From NCBI GenBank assembly GCA_934271265.1, contig CAKQRE010000016.1:21135-85134 (forward strand): a stretch of DNA of 64,000 nucleotides, written 5' to 3'. The notes below the pieces were generated by a model. The model was not told the origin of the DNA. It made no database searches and saw nothing but the letters and a program-made list of their open reading frames with translations. The position numbers were made by a program, and so were the translations under genes. The DNA comes from an uncultured Clostridia bacterium. Lineage in GTDB: Bacteria; Bacillota; Clostridia; Christensenellales; Borkfalkiaceae. This document shows positions 43,906 to 53,982 of the stretch, one piece after another (position 1 is the stretch's first letter; each line of letters starts with the position of its first letter).

Positions 43906-46593
43906 ATGAAGAAATCAAAAATTCTGTTCAGTCTGGCGATCGCATTGATGTTGTCGTTGGCGATCTGCTTCGGCACGTCATGCGACGGCGGTACGGAAAG
44001 CACGCCGGGGGATTCTGTAACGGGAGATCCCGTAATATCCGTTACGGGGGTCCCGACGTCGGGGATCATAGGCCGCGAGGTGACCCTTCCCGCGGCGACC
44101 GCCAAGGATTCTGCGGGCGCGGACGTAAGCGCGAGCGTTAAACTTACCGTTGCGGGATGTAAGGAAGACGGCACGGTTGGCAGAGAGTTTATTTACCGCG
44201 AAGCGGCTAACGTTTCCCGGAAATTCACTCCTACCGCTCAATTCGTAAATTACTCGATCGTTTACGAACTGAAAGATTCCTACGGAAAAACGGATAAGAA
44301 AGAATTCGCGTTCGTTGCCGAAGCGGATAATTTAAAACCGGTTATCACCGTGACCGAAGAAGGGTATAACGCCGAAAACGGGATCAAAGGGGATTCTCTG
44401 AACGGTTTCGTTCTTCCCGATATCTCCGTGATCGATCAGCCGGGGGATGTCGACGTTACCGCCGGCGCCACGTATGCGATCATGAACGGAGACGTTGAAG
44501 TTTCCGCCGAAAAGGCTTACGTTGCGGGCAAGAAGGTGTTTATCGCCGCGGCAGGCAACTATACGCTGGTGATCAAGGCAAAAGACTCTGCGGGCAATGC
44601 GGCGGATCCTCTTTCCGTTGCGGTCGGCTATGAAGAAAAGGCACAGACCGGCATCAATCTTATCGACGAAGACAGAGTCGTCGTCGGAAAAGACGCTTAT
44701 ATCAACGAATACGGCGAATTGTGCGTCGGGGCAAGCGCAAAGGGCGGTCATTCCGATCCGAACGACTCCGCTTCCTATGCGACTCTCGGCGGCATAAGCG
44801 TGAAATACGGGCAGTTGGTCGCTCTTTCGGTGAACATGGACGTTCAGCCTGCGGAAGCGTATAACTGGTTCTTCCAGATCGGTCTTTCCCTGAATCAGAC
44901 GTCGCTCGTTCCTGCCGGAAACGAATGCGTATGGCCCGATTTCGAAGTCAGATTCTTCAACGATAAAACTCAGGTTCACGGAACGGGCAACGATATCGCC
45001 GCATACTATCAGACCGCGAAATCGTTAAGAGACGGGAAAGATCATACGATCTATTTCAATCTTTCCAGAAACGGAAGCGGTCCGGAAGATCCCAATGCTA
45101 ACCTTTGCATCTGCATGTGGATAGACGACGTGAATAACGCCGCGATCTTCACGACGGTAAGCGTTGCCGGCGTCAGCGGGTTGGGGATCATGAGCCAGGA
45201 GGCTTTCACCAGAGCGTGGAATAACGAAACGCATTACCTGATGTTCGGCGCGGTCTCGTTCAACGGCCCCGCGGAAAAGGTAAACGACGTCATGACGGTA
45301 AAATCGGTCGTGGTTCAGTCTGCCGATAAGGCGACTCCCGACACGTCGTGCGATATCGTCGCTCCTGCGGTCACCGTAAACGGCGAGATCCGCAAGGCGT
45401 ATGACCTGAACGAAAAAATGAATCTTCCCGAAGCGACGGCGGACGGCAACGAAACCGTTGAGATCTACCTTACCGACGTCAACGGCAAAAGAGTGAAGAT
45501 CGAAAAAGATCACGTTCCTACGGTCAAAGGATCTTACAAACTGTCTTTCGTCGCCAAGGACGCTGCCGGCAATTACGGCTATGCGGAATATGACGTCAAG
45601 GTTCTTAACAAAGATACCGTAGCGCCGGTTCTTACCGTTTCCGATAAAAAGGATATTGCCGCCAACGTAGGCGAAGCGTTCGCCGTTCCTGCCGCAACGG
45701 CAAGCGATAATATCGACGGCGACCTGACCTCCTCCGTGATCGTAAACGTTCTCGGGGCGGCTTGGGCAAAAGATATCGGCGCCGGTAAAATCCCCGAAAC
45801 TTATACCATTATGGCTGCCGGCGTACACTACCTCGAATACGTGGTAAGCGACGAATACGGAAACGAAACGAGAGAAACCGTCAAGGTGAACGTCGGCGGA
45901 TCCGTTACGGGCGACGTGCTGCCGGACGTTGTGGGTTACGATACGGAGAAAAAGCTCCTTAACCTTTACAACTCCTCGATGACCTACGCAAATCAGCAGA
46001 TCCTGAACGAAAGAGTTTCCACGATCCTCAATTTCAAGACCCTCGGAAACTTTGAGATCAACCTTGCCGGACCGAGAGGGACCGTCGACGGGTATGCTCA
46101 GGGTATCATGATGAGAATCTTTGCAAACCGTATCGAGATCCGTGTTAACGGCAACAACGGTTTCCGCATCGGTTATTCCGAGGCAAGCCCGTTTGCAAGT
46201 TATGATAAGGACGGCAACCTGGTCGCTTCCGGAAAAGACGTCGTTCTCGATTGGCAGATCACGGAAGAAACGCTCACCAGCAATTACGGAACGTACGACG
46301 TGTTGCGTTTCAGAGTCTGGATCGACGGGACCGAACTTCAGATGGCGGTTTCGCAATCTTACGGTTGGGTATATGCGGATCTTGCCGGCGACAAAAATGA
46401 CGGCGGATACGGAATCTGCCTGATCAAAGAAACCGCCGCAGACGACGCGAACGCTCAGTATGCGCTGGAAAACGCCATGAAGTGTTCTCACCTTTATCAG
46501 GCAAGCGAACTCTATATGGCTTCGACGTTCGATACCAACGTTGACATAAAGGGGATCCGTTTTGACGGAAAGTCTTTCGCGGACGCCGAATAA
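43906..46593 (+). CDS. large surface lipoprotein with Ig-like (DUF5011-type) domains
   Basis: Lipobox FGTSC. ATG 43906 lies 8 nt after AAGGAGG. It has repeats of the ...A.D..DGDLT..V.V... type. Confidence 0.6.
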   Translation: MKKSKILFSLAIALMLSLAICFGTSCDGGTESTPGDSVTGDPVISVTGVPTSGIIGREVTLPAATAKDSAGADVSASVKLTVAGCKEDGTVGREFIYREAANVSRKFTPTAQFVNYSIVYELKDSYGKTDKKEFAFVAEADNLKPVITVTEEGYNAENGIKGDSLNGFVLPDISVIDQPGDVDVTAGATYAIMNGDVEVSAEKAYVAGKKVFIAAAGNYTLVIKAKDSAGNAADPLSVAVGYEEKAQTGINLIDEDRVVVGKDAYINEYGELCVGASAKGGHSDPNDSASYATLGGISVKYGQLVALSVNMDVQPAEAYNWFFQIGLSLNQTSLVPAGNECVWPDFEVRFFNDKTQVHGTGNDIAAYYQTAKSLRDGKDHTIYFNLSRNGSGPEDPNANLCICMWIDDVNNAAIFTTVSVAGVSGLGIMSQEAFTRAWNNETHYLMFGAVSFNGPAEKVNDVMTVKSVVVQSADKATPDTSCDIVAPAVTVNGEIRKAYDLNEKMNLPEATADGNETVEIYLTDVNGKRVKIEKDHVPTVKGSYKLSFVAKDAAGNYGYAEYDVKVLNKDTVAPVLTVSDKKDIAANVGEAFAVPAATASDNIDGDLTSSVIVNVLGAAWAKDIGAGKIPETYTIMAAGVHYLEYVVSDEYGNETRETVKVNVGGSVTGDVLPDVVGYDTEKKLLNLYNSSMTYANQQILNERVSTILNFKTLGNFEINLAGPRGTVDGYAQGIMMRIFANRIEIRVNGNNGFRIGYSEASPFASYDKDGNLVASGKDVVLDWQITEETLTSNYGTYDVLRFRVWIDGTELQMAVSQSYGWVYADLAGDKNDGGYGICLIKETAADDANAQYALENAMKCSHLYQASELYMASTFDTNVDIKGIRFDGKSFADAE

Positions 46594-46724
46594 TAAATAA
46601 ACTGTCCGGCTTAAGGGCGGGGAAACTCTTTTTCCTCGCCCAAAGCCCGGTTTTGGGCAATTGCTCGTTTAAGACAGCGATTTCGTTGCCGACGGCAAAT
46701 TTTTTTCTCTGAGGAGCATCACGG

Positions 46725-47714
46725 ATGAACAACAAGGATATGGCACGGAACGAAAAACAGAATATGCGGGTTTCTCAAGGTGCGGGTGCCGGAAATTGCT
46801 TCGGCAGATTCTTTACGCACATAAAGCGTCATTGGCAACTGTATGCAATGTTTGCGCCCGGATTTATCGTTCTGTTTATTTTTGCCTACATACCTATGTA
46901 CGGAATTACTCTTGCCTTTAAATCGTATACGCCGTCGCTCGGTATTTTAAAGAGCGAATGGGTGGGACTTGAGAATTTTAAATATATTTTCTCGAACGAC
47001 GGGTTTTTAAAACTTACGCGCAATACGTTAAGACTCGGCGTTCTGACGCTTATCTTCGGCTTTCCTTCTTCTATCGTCATGGCGCTTATGATAAACGAGC
47101 TTCAGGCGAAGAGATTTAAAAAAATAGTGCAGACTCTTTCCTATATACCGTATTTCATATCCTGGGTTGTAATAAGCGGTATGTCTTATTCGCTGTTCTC
47201 GAAGGATTACGGTCTCGTAAACTCCTTTCTGACGGCATTGGGATTCGAGCCTGTTTTCTGGTATGCGACGCCAAAGGTGTGGCCCATGCTTCTTACCGCG
47301 ATCGGGATCTGGAAAAACGTGGGATGGGGGACGATCGCCTTTCTCGCGAACATGACTTCGATCAACCCCGATCTTTACGAGGCTGCCGTCGTGGACGGCG
47401 CGAATCGTTGGAAGCAGACGATCCACGTTACCATTCCCGGGATCATGCCTATCGTTTCGATGACGTTTATACTTACTTTATCAAAAATCGTACAGGACGA
47501 TTTTGAAAAAATCTATGCGCTCGTCGGCACGAACAATATGTTGTACGAAACGACGGACGTTCTCGGAACCTGGGCATACCGTACGATGTATTCGAGTTTT
47601 TCGAACTACGGCGACGTTACGGGCGTTCAGTTCCTGCAGGGGCTCATCGGATTCGCGCTTATTATGCTCGGAAACCTGATCGTTAAAAAAACCGATAATC
47701 AGCCGTTGTTTTGA
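46725..47714 (+). CDS. carbohydrate ABC transporter permease (LplB/YtcP-like)
   Basis: Multi-TM protein with an EAA-loop region ...YEAAVVDGANRWKQ. Confidence 0.85.
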   Translation: MNNKDMARNEKQNMRVSQGAGAGNCFGRFFTHIKRHWQLYAMFAPGFIVLFIFAYIPMYGITLAFKSYTPSLGILKSEWVGLENFKYIFSNDGFLKLTRNTLRLGVLTLIFGFPSSIVMALMINELQAKRFKKIVQTLSYIPYFISWVVISGMSYSLFSKDYGLVNSFLTALGFEPVFWYATPKVWPMLLTAIGIWKNVGWGTIAFLANMTSINPDLYEAAVVDGANRWKQTIHVTIPGIMPIVSMTFILTLSKIVQDDFEKIYALVGTNNMLYETTDVLGTWAYRTMYSSFSNYGDVTGVQFLQGLIGFALIMLGNLIVKKTDNQPLF

Positions 47715-47717
47715 GAG

Positions 47718-48590
47718 GTGGAAAAAGTGGTACAAAAAAGAACGACAGGACAAAAAGTTTTCAACGTGTTCAACATTTTTTTGCTTTCGCTCGGTTGCGT
47801 TATCTTCGTAATACCGTATCTGATCGTAATTTCGTCCTCTTTCACGGACGAGATCACGCTGATTGCCAACGGGTATAACCTTTTTCCGAAAAAGTTTTCC
47901 CTTTACGCGTATGAATTTCTGTTCGGAAAGAATCTGCCGTTGGTTCAATCTTTCCTGAACACGATATTCGTTGTGATCGCTTCGACGTTTCTGACGACGC
48001 TCACGTGCACGCTGTATGCGTACGCCCTTCAGCATCCGGCGGTCAAAGCTAAAAAATTCTTTAATATTTTTATCGTTTTCACAATGCTGTTCAACGGCGG
48101 TCTTATTCCCACGTATCTCGTGGTGACCTATTTCTTCGAGGATTCGCTGTGGTCGCTTATCATTCCCGGAATGATGACGTGTTACTATACCCTTCTTATC
48201 CGGAACTACTTTCTCGGCTTACCGAGATCGTTTGCGGAGGCGGCGGAGCTTGACGGCGCTTCCGATCTGAAAATACTGTTCAGGATCTATATTCCGCTTT
48301 CCGTTCCCGTTCTGGTCACGATCGCGATGTTCTGTGTGGTATTCCAATGGAACAACTATACGGGACCGATGCTTTTTATCGAATCTCAGGACAAGTATAC
48401 GATACAGCTTATGTTGCAGAAACTTCTCGATAACGTGGGAAATATGGTTTCGTCGTCGACAAGTCTTATTCCGACGGAAAGCCTGAAAATGGCTGCGATC
48501 GTCGTTTCGACCGTTCCTATCATCTGCGTTTATCCGTTTATTCAGAATTTCTTTATCAACGGAATGATAATCGGCGGCGTTAAGGAGTAA
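47718..48590 (+). CDS. carbohydrate ABC transporter permease (LplC/YteP-like)
   Basis: GTG start. EAA loop FAEAAELDGASDLKILFRI. Confidence 0.85.
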   Translation: MEKVVQKRTTGQKVFNVFNIFLLSLGCVIFVIPYLIVISSSFTDEITLIANGYNLFPKKFSLYAYEFLFGKNLPLVQSFLNTIFVVIASTFLTTLTCTLYAYALQHPAVKAKKFFNIFIVFTMLFNGGLIPTYLVVTYFFEDSLWSLIIPGMMTCYYTLLIRNYFLGLPRSFAEAAELDGASDLKILFRIYIPLSVPVLVTIAMFCVVFQWNNYTGPMLFIESQDKYTIQLMLQKLLDNVGNMVSSSTSLIPTESLKMAAIVVSTVPIICVYPFIQNFFINGMIIGGVKE

Positions 48591-48670
48591 GTTTCGGGCA
48601 AAACCGCAAAGACGATCGGGGTGCTTTCCGATCGTCGGACGCGCGGAAAAAAATAAATGGGGGAAACAGA

Positions 48671-50353
48671 ATGAAAAAACCGATATCGTTGATCCTTTCG
48701 GTCGTGATCCTTGTTTTCGGACTTGCGTCCTGTAAAAACAAGAATTCCGCCGACGGATCCGAACATGTTATTACCGTTTACAGATACACCTCGCTCGGTC
48801 TCGACGAGGGGACCGAGGATGCGGCGGTAGAGCGCGCGATCGCCGATAAGTTTTACAAGGATACCGGATTTAAGATCAGGCTCGACGTAAAACTTTTCAC
48901 TCATAGCGAGCTGAAGTCCAAGGTCGATACGAACTGGGCAAAGAAAACCGCCGATATGGACGGCGTTCTGCATTACGTTTCGGAAGATCACGGCTGCGCG
49001 ACGTTGTCGTATGCGACGATGAAGAATACGGTGTTCGAAGTGAAAGATCTGCTCGATCGATACGGACCGAACATCAAAAAATATATGTTTCTGAATGACG
49101 AAAACAAAGTTCGTCGGATGTCCTGCTACGTAAAATGCGGCGACGGGTTTAAAATGAATTATCTGATCGGCGTACAAAAGGCAGGACAGTACGGGCTTCT
49201 GGTAAGAAAAGATTATATGAAAGCGGTTCGGGACTCTACGGGGATCGATCCCGAAGAATATGACGTTACGAACGAAAATTATAAAAATATGAGCTTTTCG
49301 GATTTCGAGAAAGTGCTTTACGCCATTCGGGAAAAGTATTCGTCCTCCGAAGTGAAATACCCCATCGTCGGCGCTCCGTGGGATATGGATAAAACGCTTG
49401 CGAACACGTTCGGAATGAGCGGATACAGCACGCAGAAGGGCGAGGACGGCAGATACGGTCGTCCGCAATTCGCTCCCCATACCGGAGAATGGCTCGATAC
49501 GATCCAGAAATGGGCGCACGACGGGATCTGGGAACCGGAATCCACCGGCGTGACCGACGCGCAAAGGCGCGGGTGGTTCGTTGCGGGACAGGCGGCGGTA
49601 TTTGCGGGCGACCCGACCGCGGTCAATCTGATTGCTACCAGGCGGTTGCTTCAGGCGTATGACAAAAACGCCGAATATATGCTTATCGCGCCGCTTTCGG
49701 ATGAAAACGGCGTTGTAAGAGGTTATACCGATACTTATTCTCCCGACGGACTGATCATTCCTTCCAAATCCGATGACGCCGAGATGCTGATCCGGTATAT
49801 CGATTGGCTTTATTCGGACGTCGAGAATTACGAGCTTGCCGCCTACGGCGTGAAAGGCGTTCATTGGACGGAGGGAGAAGACAGAACCGTCGGAGACGCC
49901 TGCTACCGGACGTGGGTTTACCCGGACGGAAAAGAAGACGAATACAGCCTGAACGTTCCCTATCAGGGAAGATACAATATACTCGGCAACGTTTACGTTT
50001 CCGACCGTATACGCGGAGATTACAACACGGAGGAAATGACGTGGTATCATCGTATCGCGAACGAATTTCCCGTGTTTCACAGCAACGATCTCGAAGGCAT
50101 TCATATCGGCAATCCGCCGAGCGAATACAGGGCGGGATATAACTATGTGGACGGACCGTACGTGGAATCCGTTCGTTCATACGCGTGGGCGGGGATCTAT
50201 TATAAGAACCCGGATACGGGAAAGCCCGAGAAAGCTTCCGAAACGTTAAGGTCCTATCTTGCGGCAACAAAAGCGACCCCGAGTTGCGTGGAATATCTGA
50301 ATTGGCTCAACGATCTCGTTGAAGAAGCCACGGAATTTAAAAAGACGCTTTAA
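48671..50353 (+). CDS. extracellular solute-binding lipoprotein (LplA-like), copy 1
   Basis: Lipobox FGLASC. 560 aa. Clear paralog of 50544..52223. Confidence 0.8.
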   Translation: MKKPISLILSVVILVFGLASCKNKNSADGSEHVITVYRYTSLGLDEGTEDAAVERAIADKFYKDTGFKIRLDVKLFTHSELKSKVDTNWAKKTADMDGVLHYVSEDHGCATLSYATMKNTVFEVKDLLDRYGPNIKKYMFLNDENKVRRMSCYVKCGDGFKMNYLIGVQKAGQYGLLVRKDYMKAVRDSTGIDPEEYDVTNENYKNMSFSDFEKVLYAIREKYSSSEVKYPIVGAPWDMDKTLANTFGMSGYSTQKGEDGRYGRPQFAPHTGEWLDTIQKWAHDGIWEPESTGVTDAQRRGWFVAGQAAVFAGDPTAVNLIATRRLLQAYDKNAEYMLIAPLSDENGVVRGYTDTYSPDGLIIPSKSDDAEMLIRYIDWLYSDVENYELAAYGVKGVHWTEGEDRTVGDACYRTWVYPDGKEDEYSLNVPYQGRYNILGNVYVSDRIRGDYNTEEMTWYHRIANEFPVFHSNDLEGIHIGNPPSEYRAGYNYVDGPYVESVRSYAWAGIYYKNPDTGKPEKASETLRSYLAATKATPSCVEYLNWLNDLVEEATEFKKTL

Positions 50354-50543
50354 CGATAACGTGAAGGCGGGCGATCCTGCCGGAACGACAGAAGGGGAAA
50401 CCGCGATAAGGTTTTTCCGGAGAGCGGGCGGTTAATCAACGGTTGATCATACCCGAAAAGGTATATAAACAATAAAAAACGTCGCCTTGTGCCAGTCCTT
50501 GATCCTTTCGGACGGGCATGACGGCGGCAGAACGGAGGAAACT

Positions 50544-52223
50544 ATGAAGAAATCAAAAATATGCTGTCTGGCATTGGCGGGAATCCTCGGAGCGTCGATG
50601 TTTCTGGCGGGTTGCGGAAGTAAAGGTAACGGCGATAAGGATACGACCGTATTGACGATTTATAAAGCGCGCCCCACCTATATGGTCGACGGAACGCAGG
50701 ACGACGTTGTGAAAAAAGCGATAGAAGATAAATTCTATCAGGATACCGGAGAAAAGATCTCTCTTAACGTCAAACTTTACAACGACAACGAGCTTACGCA
50801 AAAGGTCGATATCAACTGGAGCAAGAAAAAAGAAGACATGGATGCGGTGATCCATTACATAAGCGAAGACGTCGGTTCGGCGATCAAAAAATATGCGACC
50901 GAAAAGAACACCGTTATCGAGGTTTCGTCTCTTCTGGAAAAAAGCGGAAAGAACATTCTGTCCGAGATCCGTAAAAACGATACCGATCATATCGGGGAGA
51001 GAAGCGCGTATTTCCCCTATTCCGACGGAACCTACGCCATGAATGCCATTCCGTCGATCGAACAGGAAAAGGGATACGCCATGACGGTGAGAAAGGACTG
51101 GATGCGCAAATTGTATAACGAAGGACATTTTTCGTGCGATCCGGAACTGTTCGATACGAACAACGACGGGTACCGGAGCATGACGATCTCGGAGTTCAAC
51201 GAGTACCTTTATGCCGTAAAACGTTATATCCCCGACGTTCATTATTCGATCGAAGGCGCGCCCTGGACCATGAACTGGCTTTTAGCGAGTGTTTACGACG
51301 CGGATAATTATTCGATCATGTTAGACGAAAACGGTAAATACGCTCCCGCCGAGATGAATGAGAACAACGCCGTATTCCTGAATCGGCTCTGGCAATGGGC
51401 GAAGGACGGGATCTGGGAAAACGAATCCGCGAGCAGAGCGGATTCTAACCGCGAGACCGATCTTCTTGCCGGTTTTACGGCAGTTTGCTGCACCTATCCG
51501 CAGATCGAAAACGTGATCTCTCTTCAGAGAAAGTTTCTTGCCGCCAACCCGACGGGCGAACTTATGGTAGTCGCGCCTATCGCGAAAGACGACGGAACGG
51601 TCAACGGCTATATGAAACGCCTTCGTGCGTCCAGCGGCGTGATTCTTCCCGATAAGCTCAATTCCGACAGCGAAATGGTCGTAAAATACATCGATTGGCT
51701 GTATTCCGACGTCGAAAACTACGAGCTTGCAAGATACGGGATCAAAGGAGAACATTGGGTAGAAGGAGACGATTATACGCTGAACGGGAAAACTTACAAG
51801 ACGTGGGTGTATCCGGACGGAAAGGAAGACGAATTTAATGAAAATCCGCCGTATTCGGGTGAATATCTGATCCTTGAAAACATAAACGTTTCCAACAGAC
51901 TTCGCGGAGATTATAACACGCTCGAAAAAAGGTGGTACGTTCTGGCAACGAACGAGTTTCAGTCGTACAGCTCCAACGATATAGAGGGCGTCTGGCTGCC
52001 GACCATCCCGAGAGATCTGAAATCCGCTTACAACCAGATGACGGGTCCGTACGTGGAGTCTATCCGCAGCGTTGCCTGGGCAGGGCTCGGCGATAAACCG
52101 ATCACCGAACTTCTTGCGGAACACAGACCCTGGGCGAGAACTTATTTCCCGGAAATGTTGGCGTGGTATGACAACAGCATCAAAGCTTCCGTTTCGTACT
52201 TTGACCGGTTGTTCAAGGATTGA
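50544..52223 (+). CDS. extracellular solute-binding lipoprotein (LplA-like), copy 2
   Basis: Start MKKSKICC with RBS GGAGG. Lipobox LAGC. Shares IDWLYSDVENYELA.YG.KG.HW and WVYPDGKEDE blocks with copy 1. Confidence 0.8.
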   Translation: MKKSKICCLALAGILGASMFLAGCGSKGNGDKDTTVLTIYKARPTYMVDGTQDDVVKKAIEDKFYQDTGEKISLNVKLYNDNELTQKVDINWSKKKEDMDAVIHYISEDVGSAIKKYATEKNTVIEVSSLLEKSGKNILSEIRKNDTDHIGERSAYFPYSDGTYAMNAIPSIEQEKGYAMTVRKDWMRKLYNEGHFSCDPELFDTNNDGYRSMTISEFNEYLYAVKRYIPDVHYSIEGAPWTMNWLLASVYDADNYSIMLDENGKYAPAEMNENNAVFLNRLWQWAKDGIWENESASRADSNRETDLLAGFTAVCCTYPQIENVISLQRKFLAANPTGELMVVAPIAKDDGTVNGYMKRLRASSGVILPDKLNSDSEMVVKYIDWLYSDVENYELARYGIKGEHWVEGDDYTLNGKTYKTWVYPDGKEDEFNENPPYSGEYLILENINVSNRLRGDYNTLEKRWYVLATNEFQSYSSNDIEGVWLPTIPRDLKSAYNQMTGPYVESIRSVAWAGLGDKPITELLAEHRPWARTYFPEMLAWYDNSIKASVSYFDRLFKD

Positions 52224-52244
52224 TTCGCGACGGGAGGAAAACGG

Positions 52245-53807
52245 ATGAAAAGAACGAAGTTATTGTCGTTGCTGCTTGCCGGTCTGATGGCGATGTCCGC
52301 ATTTGGCGTTTTCGGGGGTTGCGGGAACAAAAGTACCGAATCCGTCGATCACGGCGACGCAAATGCCAACAGAGAGGTTCCTTCGGACAGTATCACGCTT
52401 GAGATCGGGCAGGAGTCGGACGGAAGACAGGTTCAGCTTTTCGGCGCGCAGATGGATCCTCATTTCCTTTCCGGTTGCGTCGGACGCGAACTTACGAAAC
52501 CGGACGGCACGACCGTAAAGATCGAAAGATCCGAATGGGAAAACGTGACCCTTCCCCGTCTCAGAGAGATGGGTATCACGTATATCAGAATGATGGCTCT
52601 TCCGAGCTGGTGGGCAAAGGAAGAGGTCTGTTATACAGAGAAAAAATACACGTGGGATTCTCTCCCGATGCAGGATATTTATCTCATCTGCGACGCGGCG
52701 CGGGAACTCGGGATCGATATTTGTTTTACCGTCTGGCTTTGGGACTGCAAGTATGCCCGCTATCCCGGATACGACTGGGATGACAACAGCAGAAACTGGT
52801 GTCTGCCCGATCCGGACGGAGGGAATACCGTTATGGCGGAAGTCGTTGCGGATTGCCTTAAATACCTTATCGAAGAAAAGGGATATACGAACATCAAGTA
52901 TTTTACCCCTGTGAACGAACCGAACTCTACGTTCGGTTATCCCTATCCCGCAACGGGTCTCGCCTACGGTGCGTACGATGAGATGTGTCGTGAGATAGAC
53001 AGAGTCTTTAAGGAGAAAGGCATCAGAGATAAGCTGAAATTCAATCTCGGCGATTCTTCTACCGGCGACGGGGGAACCTGGTTTGAATCTACTGCGGAAA
53101 GTCTTTATGCCGACGGCGTTGCGGATATCGTAAATACCCATTGGTATAATTACGACGAATCGTATACCAATAAAAAACTTCAGGATCCCGACGTTCTGAC
53201 CTCTCCGGCAAGGTGCACTTCGATCGCAAAGGAGTATAACGCGCCCGTTGCATTTGGCGAATACGGAGCGTATATCAATAACGAGGACAACGCGACGAGG
53301 GCGTATGATCTTGTTAAAATTGCCGCAAATATGTGGCATGACGGCGCGGTCGGTATGAGTTACTGGAGATTACAGAGCGATATGTGGAATTGGGACAGAG
53401 ACAATCCGGACGCCTCGCCGTATTTTCTCGGTCTCTGGAAGAGCGCAGACGGCGACTATGCCTGCAGACCTTCCTATTACACCTATTCGCTGATGACCAG
53501 ATCCATCAAGAACGGGATGGATATCTACAATATAGAGATGAGTGACGACGACGTGGTTGCGGTCGCATTCAGGAAGGGCGATCAATGGACGTACCTGATC
53601 GTTAACGATTCCAAAACGGAGACGAAAAAATTCTCTTTCCTGAACAATACCAAATTCCCTGTCTCGCTCGAAAAATACACGTACGAAGTGAATGCCGCGC
53701 CTACGGATAATAAGGCGATCCCGTCAAGCGGAAGCGTCTCTCCGAACGGGAGAGTGCTGACCGATTCGATCGCGCCGCACAGCATTATAGTTTATTCGAA
53801 CGTGTAA
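52245..53807 (+). CDS. clan GH-A-like glycoside hydrolase lipoprotein (family unassigned)
   Basis: Lipobox FGGC. FTPVNEPN (acid/base-like) and AFGEYG (nucleophile-like) motifs. Confidence 0.55.
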   Translation: MKRTKLLSLLLAGLMAMSAFGVFGGCGNKSTESVDHGDANANREVPSDSITLEIGQESDGRQVQLFGAQMDPHFLSGCVGRELTKPDGTTVKIERSEWENVTLPRLREMGITYIRMMALPSWWAKEEVCYTEKKYTWDSLPMQDIYLICDAARELGIDICFTVWLWDCKYARYPGYDWDDNSRNWCLPDPDGGNTVMAEVVADCLKYLIEEKGYTNIKYFTPVNEPNSTFGYPYPATGLAYGAYDEMCREIDRVFKEKGIRDKLKFNLGDSSTGDGGTWFESTAESLYADGVADIVNTHWYNYDESYTNKKLQDPDVLTSPARCTSIAKEYNAPVAFGEYGAYINNEDNATRAYDLVKIAANMWHDGAVGMSYWRLQSDMWNWDRDNPDASPYFLGLWKSADGDYACRPSYYTYSLMTRSIKNGMDIYNIEMSDDDVVAVAFRKGDQWTYLIVNDSKTETKKFSFLNNTKFPVSLEKYTYEVNAAPTDNKAIPSSGSVSPNGRVLTDSIAPHSIIVYSNV

Positions 53808-53832
53808 CGTTACCGATCATAATTACGACAGA

Positions 53833-53864
53833 AAAGGCGATAGAATCAACGTTCTATCGCCTTT
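53833..53864 (+). terminator. rho-independent terminator ending the glycan locus
   Basis: AAAGGCGATAGAA-tcaac-TTCTATCGCCTTT. Confidence 0.65.
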
Positions 53865-53982
53865 CATCATATTTTGTTTTGTTTTCTTTGTAAATTCTCC
53901 GTTGTTACGGGGCTGACTAAGACACGCGATCGAAACAATCTTTTCGGCTTGTTCTGCTTTTACGATTATGCCTGCAACGCCG

